Source: the human T2T-CHM13v2.0 reference genome, Homo sapiens
Reading direction: 5' to 3' (one strand)
Assembly (NCBI RefSeq): GCF_009914755.1
Contig: NC_060930.1
DNA: 64,000 bases
Part shown: one piece after another, positions 32,586 through 45,559 of the stretch
How the letters are laid out: each line of letters begins with the position of its first letter
Numbering within the stretch: the stretch's first letter is position 1
Made by a program: the position numbers and the translations under genes
The notes under the pieces: model-generated
The model's database searches: none
Told to the model about the DNA's origin: nothing
The model's input: only the letters and a program-made list of their open reading frames with translations

Positions 32586-33224
32586 CACCTATCCTCTTGC
32601 TTTGCTGCCAGAAAAGACAAAAAGCACAAATAAACAAGCACCTGACAGCGTTATAGGTGGAGACCGAGTTCTATGAGTGCAGTAAAGTGGGGCACGGCAC
32701 AGACAGAGATGGAGCTGTACTTTAGACAGGGTGTTCTGAATCAGGAATGGACTTACAAAACATCTGCAGTCAGAAATTCACATACAGACTATAGTAGATC
32801 AAAAGCTCATTTTAAACTATCAATGAGGAAAAAAGCAATTCATTTACATAACATTCTCTTTCCAACTCAAACATCAGGTACAAATTGCTTTCTTTTAGCA
32901 TATGCCAGAAATCTGTCATTACACAATAGCTTAGCAAGTGTGACACAAGATACTGCCACTTTCTCTACACAAAGACCCACCCAAACACCAGCTTTGTTTA
33001 AAACATTACCTCAGCACCACGATGCCTCTCCTCAGTAGTTTCTGAGTCCATGCTCAGAGTCCATGATGTGCTCAACACTGGCTAACAAAACACATTCTGT
33101 TCTTTGAGAACAATTTTTTAAAAACTGGAACCAATGGGGTGGATCTGCTTCCAAATATTAGTCCAGCCATAAAATATATACAAGGTTATAATAAATGCTT
33201 AACAATAATTATTTTTATGCTAGA

Positions 33225-33425
33225 AGCAGGAGTTGGTCCATTTGTTTCTCTAAAGAGCCAGCCAGTAAGTATTTTAGGCTTTGAGGGTCTTACTTGGAGT
33301 CCATTGCATATTGTTGTTTTTAAAATCCTTCAAAAATATAAAAACCATTTTTAGCTGGGAGACCAAATAAAAACAGGCCACAGCCAGACTCGGCCCTAAG
33401 ATGATAGTTTACCTACCCCATCCTA
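33225..33425. mobile_element. MER58-like hAT transposon
   Basis: AGTAAGTATTTTAGGCTTTG ... AAAAACAGGCCACAGCCAGA ... TAGTTT..ACCCC. Confidence 0.6.
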
Positions 33426-34999
33426 AAGTAAAAACAATTATTTACAGTATCTGAAATGACAACTGTCCACACAGGCAGTTTAAAATTGATCTCTCAGGCA
33501 AAAATGGAAAACAAAATTAGGTTGCAGAAGTGACTTCTAACTTAAAAATATGAGCAAAATCTGATATACTGACTACTAGAGTTTGATCCTCAGGTGATAC
33601 TGGTTCCTCTCCTATCAATAAAAGGTGGGTCATGGTGAGATATTTTTTATTTTGCTTTTAAGGTTTTGTTTTCAAGTATATTAGATTAAAAGGATAACTT
33701 AATGAAGTTTTACATTTCCTTTGAAACAGCATTACTGTTTGCCTGTAAGTGTTAAGAACGGGTTAATGAATAAAGGAAAACAGAACTGACCACTGCTGAC
33801 TGGGAAGCCCACATCCCTCCACACTTACCCAAAGGATCTTACCAGCCGGGAGGCCCTCCCTGGTCTCCAGGGCACACTTCTCTTCTGTGAAGACCTCTAT
33901 CATGCACTACACTGCATTGTAATTGCTTACACATCTGCTTTCACTAGGAGACTGAGAACTCCTTAAAGGCAAAACCAATCTTATTTTTATTGTCCCTGCA
34001 CCAAGCACATAATGGGATATAATAGCGCTTCAAAACATGAAGGTGGTACCCATGTGACTGATAAGGGAATTCCGACTAGAACACACAGAGAGAGGATGGA
34101 CATGAGACAAAATCAGAGTCCTCCCTTTTACTAAGATAACCCAAACTGTTCATATTGCTTTTTCCTTGAGAAGACCAATGGACAAACTTTACCCGTTTAT
34201 AGGAACCCAGAGTTTTTACCTAACAGGGTTAAGTTTGAAAAACATTTGCGGGGTAGGGAAACACAAAAGAAACACATAAAGCTTACAGCATCTTAAGATG
34301 AGTTGTTTGGATTTCACTGATAAAAACTTTGTCTCCGTTTATCTTATGTAACATTCTTTCCACTTAAAAACTAACTCCCATTTTACGGCTGATGAAATTT
34401 AGGTTCACAGATGCTAAATGGCTTCCCCAAATACAGGTAAGCAGTAAATTAGCTATGAAATTCTCTTTATAGCTCTTTGTGGTTTCATTTTGAAAAAAAT
34501 TATGTGTATTAACTATATCAAGCATTTCAGTCAAAAGTGTCTAAGTCACATTATAGCACAAGGGTTTTGTTTGGTTCTGAAAACTACCCAAGTCTGGAAA
34601 AATCTTTTTATGTCAACAGGCATGGATGGTAAATACATCAGAAGGAAAATAATGCAAACTTTGGTCTTTTCAACACACATTTACTGCTGAAATTAAAAAC
34701 TAATTGGAGTACTTGGGGAGTCTCAAGGTAGTTACTACTGAAATGAAATAAGGGATAATTCAAAATGCATTCACTGACTTTGAAAGCAGACTGAATTTCA
34801 CTGCTTCAGAATAGAGCTGAAACATCTAACTACCATTAGAAAGCAGGTATATCAAACCACCCTAAGAATCTCCAAATTGTCAAAGAGATATAAAAGTTTA
34901 AGTTAAAAAAATTAAGAAAAAAATTATAGTTCACTAAATGATACTGTTTTCCTTTCCCAAACTATAATTATTCAACATTTGTTAGAAATCACATTATCA

Positions 35000-35312
35000 G
35001 CCAGGCATGGTGGCTCACACCTATAATCTCAACATTTTGGAAGGCCAAGGTAGGAGGATAGCTTGAGCTCAGGAATTTGAGACTAGCCGCCTGGGCCACA
35101 CAGTGAGATCTTGTTTCACAAAAAAATAAAAAATTAGCTGGGTGTGGTAGTGTGTGCCTGTGGTCCCAGTTACCCAGGAGGCTGAGGTGGGAAGATCACT
35201 TGAGCCAAGGGTGGGGGCCGGGGCACTGAGGCTGCAGTGAGCTGTGACTGTGCCACTGCACTCCAGCCTGGGTGACAGAGTGAGACCCTGTTTCCAAAAA
35301 AAAAAAAAAAAA
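35000..35312 (+). mobile_element. Alu (J-like)
   Basis: Dimer with A tail. Confidence 0.9.
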
Positions 35313-36139
35313 TTCACATTATTTCATTAACAAAAGAGGCCAGTGTGGAAAGAATAAAAGAGAAAAGAGGAACAAGGAATGGGATCTCTTACTTCCCTAC
35401 CATTTATAGGGAAGGTCTAGCCTCTTTTTTTCTCTTTGAAAACAAAGAGCCAAAATGTGAGAGACCACTGGGCACTGCCAAATGAAGCTCTGTTACTGGA
35501 CTCCCTGCAGAGAGAAACTCAAGTCAGAAGAATATTATGTTGAATGGCCTGCCCAAGTATAGGTAAGCAGTAAATTAGCTATGAAATTCTTATTTTTATG
35601 GCTCTTTTTCACAGAGTCATCCTAGCCCCTATTCGAGTCCCAAATACCAATAACAGCACTCCTGGCATTTCAGCCGGACTGTAAGGCGGCTGGGCATCAA
35701 GTGACTGCTTTCACCCAAATGGGTGCTCTGAAATCACACTGGGCTTGATTGGGGTGCAGGAGAAAGGAATATATAATAACTGCCCTTTTCCTATTGAATC
35801 AGCAGTACCATCTGGAGAGCTTATTTAAAACATAAGCACCCAGCCTGCACCTCACCCTAGAGATGGAAGTCATTAGTTCTTCAAGGGACCCAGGAATCAA
35901 CAGTCTCCAGACAATTGTGTACACAAAATTTTGAGAACACTGCACTAAATTAACCCTTCCTCTTAACTTTAGGTATGTACGGTGTGTACATATACTAGGG
36001 AAAACAAAAAGCTACTGAATTATTTGGATTTAAAAATAACGTAGTTTAAGGAGTCTGGTCCTTTAATATTTTGGGGGGCAGTGGATGTAGTAATGAAAGA
36101 AGGCAAGGACTTTTTTCATCAACGATTGTCACAAACTTA

Positions 36140-36900
36140 TTAACATGTAACAACAAATCCAGACTCCCCACCTTCCCCCACACCTGGTCCTTCTCCAGGA
36201 TTACTTACCTCAGCGATGGCACCACCACACATCCACTTGCGCAAGCCAGAAACGAGAAGTCAGCCTCGACACCACCCTTGGCCCTGCATATCCAACCCAT
36301 CACCAGGCACTATCAATTCTACCTCCCAAAGAACTCTCAAATGCATCCACTTCTGTTCCCACCACCACCACCTTGGTCCAAGCTATGAGCTCCCTCAATG
36401 GTCTACCATAACTACCCTTGCTGTCTCCTGCCTCCTGTGATTTTCCTATTACAGATCACAGTCAACTTTTCAAAAGGCAAATCTGATCATGTCACCTCCC
36501 AGTCAAAACCCCAAGTTAAACTAAAAAACACCCAAGAATGGCTTACAAGGCATGGCCTGACCTGTCTTCCTCTCTAGCCGCATTGGGCTTCATGTGAAAC
36601 CCCAAACTCACACTACTTCCTCCCACCACAGGGCCTTTGCACACGTTGTTACCTCTGCCCAGGGAGGTCACGTCCTCAAGGATGCCTTCCTGACCTCCCC
36701 TATTTGCACCCCCACCAGCACATACACACTTCATCTACTCTCAGGCCTCATGTACCCCTCTTCAGGCATACTCTCTGAAGCTGCAGTTTTACATTTACTC
36801 TGGGATTGCTGTCTGTCCCCGAAACCAGACTGTAAATCCACTGACAGGGACTGTGTCTGTGAACATCCAAATACATTCATTGTGCCTTACAGCGTGATCA
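36140..36900. mobile_element. L2 relic
   Basis: AAATCTGATCATGTCAC, CAGGGCCTTTGCAC, GCCTTCCCTGACC-like and AGACTGTAA motifs. Confidence 0.6.
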
Positions 36901-37773
36901 TGGCAAATCACTCATCCTACCAGCACCTCTCACTGCCACATGGCAAAATGTTAGCTACCTAATTCACCACTGCCCCTCGTGGAGGAGGGGGGTGGAAACA
37001 GATGCTACGCATCCTCCTCAATTGCGAGGGGATTGTGAGGGGGGAGTACATTCAGTAAACTGTCCCTGTTAAAATATTTAATAGAAAAGGTTATGTATTC
37101 CCAAAGAGGCAAGGTAATCTCAGAAATTACCTTAAAATTTTGGCACAGTAGAAATGTGAACACACTTTCAGAGTTTTCCTAATGAAAGGTAAACCTGCTT
37201 TTGTATTAGAAATGTCTATAACACTTCAGAAATGAACAGGTAAGATGTGTTGGAGCCACTTAAAGGCAGTTCAGCTCTATGGTTCTCATGACAGCTTAAA
37301 GAGATCTCAGCCCTGAACACAATCCCCTTTTCCTTCCAGAGCTTAACTACAGCAGTGTTCCTTGCTCACTCCCCATGCCTTCTTTCCACTGGGCAGAAGA
37401 AAGCAAGTGTGGGAGAAAGGCGCTCCGCAGTCACCCTAACATGAAGGGGCGGGCAGAGAGGATGCTTCCGGGACCAATGATCTGAGCACCAACTCCTACA
37501 ACTCTCCCTAGATGGGGCAGACCCACAAGGCCACACAGCACACCATGTCCTGGGGACTGGCCTGAACAGAGGCCAAGGCTCCCTCTGGAACCCCAAATCA
37601 CCCTCCTTGGACGTCAGCCAGTCACACATGAATAGAGTCCCTAAGCAGCTGTGGGAAAAGCAAAACCAGACAACAAACCACAGCTGTTCCTCCCTGTGGA
37701 GTGCTGCCGCGTGCGCCCCCCAGCCGTCAAGCAAGATTCAGCTGAAGTGTTACTTCTCAATACAGTCTGCCAA

Positions 37774-37817
37774 TTTCCCCATCAGATGATTTTCCTTTCC
37801 CCATCAGATGATTTTCC
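37774..37817. repeat. Perfect tandem duplication, 2 x 22 bp TTTCCCCATCAGATGATTTTCC
   Basis: Read directly. Confidence 0.95.
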
Positions 37818-37925
37818 TCTCGACTGCATCACGCGTTACCTAGGCTCTTTCCCAGTCTGACAGCACTTAGCGGGTTTTCAATTTCAGCATTTACCCCGCA
37901 TCTTGGCCCAGGTACCAGACACTAA

Positions 37926-38286
<361 letters not shown>

Positions 38287-38924
38287 AGTCTTTTAAGTAA
38301 CTGTTGCTTTTGGGAAACAGTATTAGGAGAAAACACAGGAAATGAGTATTTTCAGTTATACTGTTTTATGAATAAAGTCATCCACTCACTCAGTTCAGGC
38401 AAATCAATCAAAAATACTTTGCCCGTTGAATTCAAGGGTTAACAGTTGCAATGAATCAGGTGGAAGGCCAACTACTCAGAGGTATCCATCCTTTAAGTGT
38501 GTTTGCCCCTTAATCCAGTTGTTAAACATTAAGCCCAAGAAAACCACCTAACATTCTTCGCTAACATTCTTAACTTAGGCTTGAATAATTAGAATCAATA
38601 AACCTTTGTTTAAAGGACACATCCACAGAGCTGTTGGTGGATGTTTCATTTTAACATTTACTAAGGCAGCAAAAAAACCCCAAACCAAACCAAAACTAAC
38701 TGGATCCTCTCTAACAGCCTTAAGAAATGTCATATTCAAATATGTGCAACCTACTATGCTCTTCTCAGTGATTTGTGGGATGGCTCTAATATAATCTACA
38801 CACAGAAAGGCTTAGTGTGTTTAACTTATCTCTAAGACCCTCCTCTGCCAAAGAGGGGGCAGGGAGAAATTTCCCATGGCAGACAGGTATGGCTGACCTA
38901 AAAGGAAGCCTCTCAAAAAAGGGG

Positions 38925-39217
38925 TTTTGTTTGTTTTCAGACAACATCTCACTCTGCTGCCCAGGCTGGAATGCAGTGGCTTGATCTTAGTTCACTGCAG
39001 CCTTGACCTCCAGGGCTCATCAAGCAATCCTCCCACTTCAGCCTCAGTCAGAGCGCCAGCCACCACACCCAGATGATTTTTCTATTTTTTGTAGAAACAG
39101 AGTCTATGTTGGCCAGGCAAGTCTCGAACTCCTGGGCTCATGTGATCTGCCTGCCTCAGCCTCCCAAAGTGCTGGGATTACAGGCTCGTGCCTGTAATCA
39201 GGCCACCTCGCCTGGCC
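38925..39217 (-). mobile_element. Alu (J-like), degenerate
   Basis: Antisense dimer. Confidence 0.8.
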
Positions 39218-39454
39218 TCAAAAAAAGTTTAAAAATTTTAATTGTAGATATTATACAGAATACAGTCTTTCAAAGAGTAACTCTGGCTCTAATACACAAG
39301 GTGATGGCTACTGTCTTTCCTTAACAGTTTCACAACTATCTTCACTTTATCAAATGTCAGAAACATCTTTTAAGTTCTGATCTATCATAAAAGACCTCTA
39401 AAACAAAATGAAATGAAAACATACCTGCCATAAGAAATAAGAGACAGAAGGGAG

Positions 39455-39790
39455 TTCTGACATTGCAACATGGATGAACCTTGAAGACATTATGCTACAG
39501 GAAATGAGACTGTCACAAAAGGACAAATGCTATCACGATTCCACCTGCATGAGGTATCTAAAGTTGTCGAATTCATAGAGACAGAAAGTAGAATGGTGGT
39601 TGCCAAGGGCTGGTGGTGGGAATGGGGAGGGAGAGTTTAATAGGTACAGAGTTTCAATCTGGGAAGATAAAGTTCTGGAGATGGACCTTGGTGATGGCTA
39701 TGTAACAATGTAAATGTACTTAATACCTTGAAATGTAAACCTAAAAGTAAGAGGATAAACTGTATATTTTACCAAAATACAAAAAAGAAA
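39455..39790 (+). mobile_element. L1MB-type 3' fragment
   Basis: CAACATGGATGAACCTTGAAGACATTATGCTA ... ATAGAGACAGAAAGTAGAATGGTGGTTGCC. Confidence 0.8.
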
Positions 39791-40102
39791 CCATAAAAAT
39801 AAATTACCATTCATTATGAGAAATGAGAAAGAAAAGTAGTGACGGAGAACAGGTTAACTTTTTCCTGAGTGCTATCTTAGCTGAGCTCTGCACCTCTTCT
39901 TTTAGTGAAATAAAGAAAACCACACCCAGAAGGGTAATCTTCTTGACCACTCCTCCGCATACCGTTGCACTCAGCTCTGCCTGAGTAAGGGGTTGTACTT
40001 AGGTCAGTTTCATACCACATGCACTGTCAAGCCTCGATGTCACCTGTCACTTTTAAGTTTGAATTAAAAAGAAAAATTTTGTATAGAAAATACTCTGCAT
40101 CA

Positions 40103-40672
<570 letters not shown>

Positions 40673-41419
40673 TTAAACCTTCCCCCTAATGTCTAGTCAC
40701 CAGTTCCCCAGTGTTAAAAGCAGGTAGAATACATACAACTTTCTAAGAAGCGTCAGTCCCAGAGAACCTGCCTTGTGCCTACAACCCCCAGGTCTCGCCA
40801 GCAATCTCAACACAATCAGATTCAAGGAGACAGAGGCGCAGGCACAGCCCTTTCATCAGCTGACCAGGAGTGCTCGGCCCGGCCTGCCAGGAACCTCTTA
40901 TCAAACTCCACCGGCTGCCTGCATCTACAATTCAAGTCCATGGCTAACCTTCTGTTAGAGACAGAAATTCTGCTGCAGCCAGCAAGTTTGCTGGTGTACA
41001 GGGCACCGCTTCATGGGCCTAGTAGGAAGCGAAGCTGAAAGGCAACTTCCGAAAGCCAGTCTCCTCTCCCAAACGCCTTTTAATATCTCCCCAGTTGGAT
41101 CTGGGGCGCCTGTGGTTTCGGACCCTTAGGAGCTCTGAGAACTGGTGTGTGTGGTCGGAAGCCATCTGAGTCTCCCTGTGATTTGGACTTTTTAAGAAAC
41201 TTCTAAGTTGTATTACTATACCCTTTAAAAACAGACGGAAGCAGTGTAAAAAGGCCTCTAGTTTTTAGAAAAGACCGTAACTACTGGGGAGGGGGCTCAC
41301 AAAGAAAAAGACTGCAGAGAAAAGCATCAAAATGGTGTTTTCCTAACGCTCCACAAAAGGGTCAACAAGTAACAAAGAGCGGCGAAAACCTCCTCCTATT
41401 CCTATCGTCTTCTGCGTGT

Positions 41420-41549
41420 GAGAAGAACCCTGTTCCCCAGGAACTGCCCCAACACCTCGAGCAGGTGCCTCCCCTCTCCAATGAAGCCTCTCCCGTCCGC
41501 CCGGCCCAGAAACTGGGCAACTTACTGGTTTCGGCATTTTCGGTTTCTG
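41420..41549 (+). ncRNA. EZR-AS1: EZR-AS1 exon 1 (start approximate)
   Basis: Plus-strand donor CTG|GTGAGT at 41549/41550; an antisense lncRNA overlapping the EZR 5' end is known. Confidence 0.6.
41526..41537 (-). CDS. EZR: Ezrin exon 2 CDS (MPKP, start codon)
   Basis: ATG CCG AAA CCA then donor GTAAGT; phase 0. Confidence 0.97.
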
Positions 41550-41610
41550 GTGAGTATCCTCGATCCCCGAAAACACGACTATCCAGCAGCAGCGAAGACG
41601 CTGTCCCAAC
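41538..41610 (-). other. EZR: EZR exon 2, 5'UTR portion
   Basis: Acceptor ...CTCTGACTCCAG|GTTGGG at 41611/41610, leading to the ATG at 41537. Confidence 0.9.
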
Positions 41611-41694
41611 CTGGAGTCAGAGCAGAACCCTTAGAGCGCCCGCCCGCCCTGCCTCGTCCTCCTGCCGCGCCCGACACTCGGCGCCCGCAGCGCG

Positions 41695-41795
41695 CTGCCG
41701 CTTAAGAACCGGCCAGCCCGGGCCCGCGTGAGTCAGCGCCCCGCCCAGCACTGCGGGCATGGGGAGGGGGCACGGGCGGGGCGGGGCCGGGCCGG
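41695..41795 (-). promoter_or_regulatory. EZR: Proximal EZR promoter: AP-1 (TGAGTCA 41729-41735), adjacent GC box (41739-41746), more GC boxes near 41774-41786, AT-rich TTCTTAAG near 41701-41708
   Basis: Motifs read directly; agrees with my recollection of an Sp1/AP-1 dependent VIL2 promoter upstream of exon 2. Confidence 0.7.
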
Positions 41796-42760
41796 GCCCC
41801 CGGCGAGGAGGCGCCCGAGAGCGGGGGCGCGCGCCCAAGGGGCAGCCGGCGGGCACTGGAGGTGCCCCCCAGTTGGGGGTGGGTCCGAGAAGAGGGGGTG
41901 CGCACCCAGGGGACCCCCAACATGAAGGGGCTGGTGGGGGGCGCAGGCCCGGGAGAGAGAGGGCAGGGGGAACACTCAGTGGGGAGGATCGGGGGGAGGG
42001 GGCGCGGGCCCCGGGGAACACTCGGCCAGGAGGGTCAGGGGAGAGAGCGCCGGCCGGGCGGGGAGGGGTCTGGGGGACACTCGAGGTGCACCCAGCGGAG
42101 AGAGGCGGAGAAGAGGGGGCGCGGGCCCAGGGATACCCGGCGGGGAAAGGCCCGGGGAGAGGGAGCGCGCGCCTAGGAGAGAGAGGGCGAGGGGCAGGAG
42201 GAACACCTAGGAGGAAGGAGTCCCAGGACAGCCAGCGCGAGCCCGCGGGGCACCCGACAGGGAGGGGTCAGGGGAGAGGGGGCACAGGGCGGGCGGGGGG
42301 GCACTCGCTGGGGAGGGATCCGTGGAGAGGGGGCGCGGGCTCGGGGTCCGCCGAGGAACTTCCCGGGGCTGCCAGGAAGCCCGTGAGAAGCCGAGCACTC
42401 GGCAAGTTTCACTTTGTGTAGCAACCGTTGCCCCGCGGCTGCAGTCACAACCGTCAAGCCTTTGAGAAACTCTTTCAAAAACTGCAACCGCTCGGGAGCC
42501 GCCGAGGGACGGCGCCCAGGCACCCAGGCTCCGCGTTTCCTTCGGGAGAGACCTGAGGGGACCCGGCGCCGAGGGGAAGGTCGCGGGGCCGCGGGCCGGC
42601 TCAGCTCCACCTGCCCCGGGGGTGCCGGGCGAGAACCCCGCGCCGCGCCCCCTAGGCTGCCCGCCGCACCTGCCGCCGAACCCCGCCGCCCGCCCGGGCC
42701 CTCCACCAGGAACCCCCCGCCCAGAACCCCCGTCCCGACCCCGGCCGCCGCACGCCTCAC

Positions 42761-42860
42761 CCGGCGCCTGCAGTGCTCCGTGTGCTCCCCGCCGCCCTTG
42801 CGTCCGCCGAGTGCGCTCGCTGCCCGCGCTCCCAAAAGCCCCGGCGGGGCGGGTCCCGGG
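42761..42860 (-). other. EZR: EZR non-coding exon 1 (distal TSS; upper boundary approximate)
   Basis: Minus-strand donor CGG|GTGAGG at 42761/42760 inside the CpG island, just downstream of a YY1/ETS/GC-box cluster. Confidence 0.8.
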
Positions 42861-42970
42861 ACCACGCCCCTTCCCGCCCAGCTCCCGACCTGTGAGGTGC
42901 GCCCCCCGCAAGATGGCGGCAGCCGGGCCTCGGGCTGGGTGGGGGCGGAACTTGGCGGAAGTGCGCGCTA
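42845..42970. promoter_or_regulatory. EZR: Distal EZR promoter: YY1 (CAAGATGGCGGC 42909-42920), tandem ETS/GABP-like GCGGAA sites (42945-42963), GC boxes
   Basis: Consensus motifs read directly just upstream of exon 1. Confidence 0.7.
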
Positions 42971-43382
42971 CTCCCCTCGCAGATGCAAGTGGGGAGGCTG
43001 TTTGTCCCACAGCGGGCAGGGGGAAGTCAGGAAAACGTAAATAAATCTGGAGGGGCGGACGGCTTGGGGGAATCGCTGGACCGCTTGGGGCCGGGACCGG
43101 GGGCCAGTTCCGAGGCCTCGGCCCTGGGGCGGCTGCACCTGGCCCCGAGTCTCGGTGCACGTGGCCGGCCCAGCCGCCGCCTTTCCGAAGCTCTGGTTAA
43201 GTGGCACGTTTGTGGCCTCTTTTGACGTGACTGGCAAAAAGCTCCATGGGATTTCTCTGAAATTCTAGGAATTAAGTTTTTTTGTTTGTTTTTTTGCTAA
43301 TGGTTCTCAACAAATTTTTAAGACACACAAAACACATACTTTGGGGGCCAGTAGAATTTGCTGCGGGAGAGCTCACTCTAGA

Positions 43383-43560
43383 AGGGGTTCTCAACGTCTG
43401 GCTTCCAGACGAGCAGCAACAGCATTCACTGGGAACTTGCATAAGTGGAAATTAGGTGTTGCTCAGCCTTAGGATTCAGAAACTCTAGGGCTGAGCCCAG
43501 CAATCAGTGTGTTACAAGCCCTTCGGGTGATTGTGATGTTGGCTAAAGGTTGAGACCAGA
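43383..43560. mobile_element. MER5A relic
   Basis: GGTTCTCAA..CAGCAGC-like..GGGAACTTG..TCAGAAACTCT..CCCAGCAATC..GGTGATT motifs. Confidence 0.65.
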
Positions 43561-43599
43561 GCTTCTCCTGAATTCCTCTCCTGGGTTTACTCCTCCCTT

Positions 43600-43890
43600 T
43601 CTGCTTTTAGTTTTCTTGTTTGTAAAGCGGCATAATTATGGCACCTGTATCAGAGGGTTCTAATGAGGATAATGAGTTAGTACATGTACGATGCCTGAAC
43701 AGTACCTGACACTTAGTAAGCACTTAAATCTATCCTGGTAGAAAGAGAAACCAATGACTTTGGGCGAAGTTCCAAACTCTGTTTCCCAATTTGTTGAGTG
43801 AACATACTAGTAGCCCCACCTACATAGACTTGTAAGGATTAAATGAGATCGTGCATGCGGAATGCTTAACTCGTGCTAGCCTCATAGTAA
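43600..43890. mobile_element. Two MIR relics
   Basis: TGTAAA..ATAAT..GAGGAT.AATGAG and AGGATTAAATGAGAT core motifs. Confidence 0.5.
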
Positions 43891-43914
43891 TTGATGCTTA
43901 ACCTGTCTTCCTAG

Positions 43915-44036
43915 GGACACACTGCTGTTTGGGCAACCCTTTGTCAGGGCCTGTTATCTCCCACTTGCAGATCCAGGGCATTTCAGAGGTCAGAGAGAGG
44001 AGGGAGGCCTCTTCTGAGATTTTGACCTCTATTCAG
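43915..44036 (+). ncRNA. EZR-AS1: EZR-AS1 exon 2 (alternative acceptor possible at 43971)
   Basis: CTTAAC branch-like motif plus CTGTCTTCCTAG acceptor; perfect CAG|GTAAGT donor at 44036/44037. Confidence 0.55.
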
Positions 44037-44063
44037 GTAAGTGTATTCCCTCTGAAAGACTGA

Positions 44064-44369
<306 letters not shown>

Positions 44370-44387
44370 TGAATTTCTTTTTTATTA

Positions 44388-44792
<405 letters not shown>

Positions 44793-45033
44793 TCAATACC
44801 TCCACTGCCTTATCACTGCCTGGAGCCTGGTTAGCCAGTTTGGGTTCCCAACTCTCATAATAGGATATGCCTCTAATCTAATTTTTATCTCGCTCCATTT
44901 GAAGTATACTGTCTTCTAAATTGAATGTTTGAAATAGCGGTGCCCCAAGACCTTGAAGAGCATTTCTGAACTTGACCCTTTAGGGGAATGCCAAAAAATG
45001 AAGTGGCCTGTGGCAGTGTGGTAAAAATGAAAC

Positions 45034-45348
45034 GGCCAGGTGCGATGATTCAAGCCTGTAATCCCAGCACTTTGGGAGGCTGAGGCGAGCAGATCACCTG
45101 AGGTCAGGAGTTCGAGACCAGCCTGGCCAACGTGGGGAAACCCCATCTCTACTAAAAATACAAAAAATTAGATGGGCATGGTGGTGCACGCCTGTAACCC
45201 CAGCTACTCAGGAGCCTGAGGCAGGAGAATCACTTGAAACCAACCGTGAGGCAGAGGTTGCAGTGAGCTGAGATCGCACCATTGCATTCTAGCCTGGGCA
45301 ACAACAGCGAAACTCTGTCTCAAAAAATAAATAAAATAAAATAAAAAT
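45034..45348 (+). mobile_element. Alu (S-like)
   Basis: Dimer, TSD AAAAATGAAAC. Confidence 0.92.
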
Positions 45349-45559
45349 GAAACGATGGCAGGTTTTTGAGGCAAACAGAGCTAAGTCTGAATTCTGCTTC
45401 CTGCAAACTGACCAACCTGGTCCGTTCGGGCAAGTCTGTCAACCTGACTGAGCATCCATCTCTTCATCTGTAAAATGGAAAGGATAATATGTATTTCATG
45501 GTATTCTTGTGTCACTGAATCATATCATATGAGCATTTGACTCACTCAACTTTTATGTA

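Larger units (their letters stand above)
41500..43200. promoter_or_regulatory. EZR: CpG island over EZR promoters, exon 1, intron 1 and exon 2
   Basis: Very high GC and dense CpG compared with CpG-depleted flanks. Confidence 0.95.

Noticed and set aside
41617-43225. Long ORFs (134-317 aa) on both strands in the CpG island
   Set aside because: Pro/Gly/Arg/Ala-rich low-complexity products expected from stop-codon scarcity at very high GC; no recognisable domain
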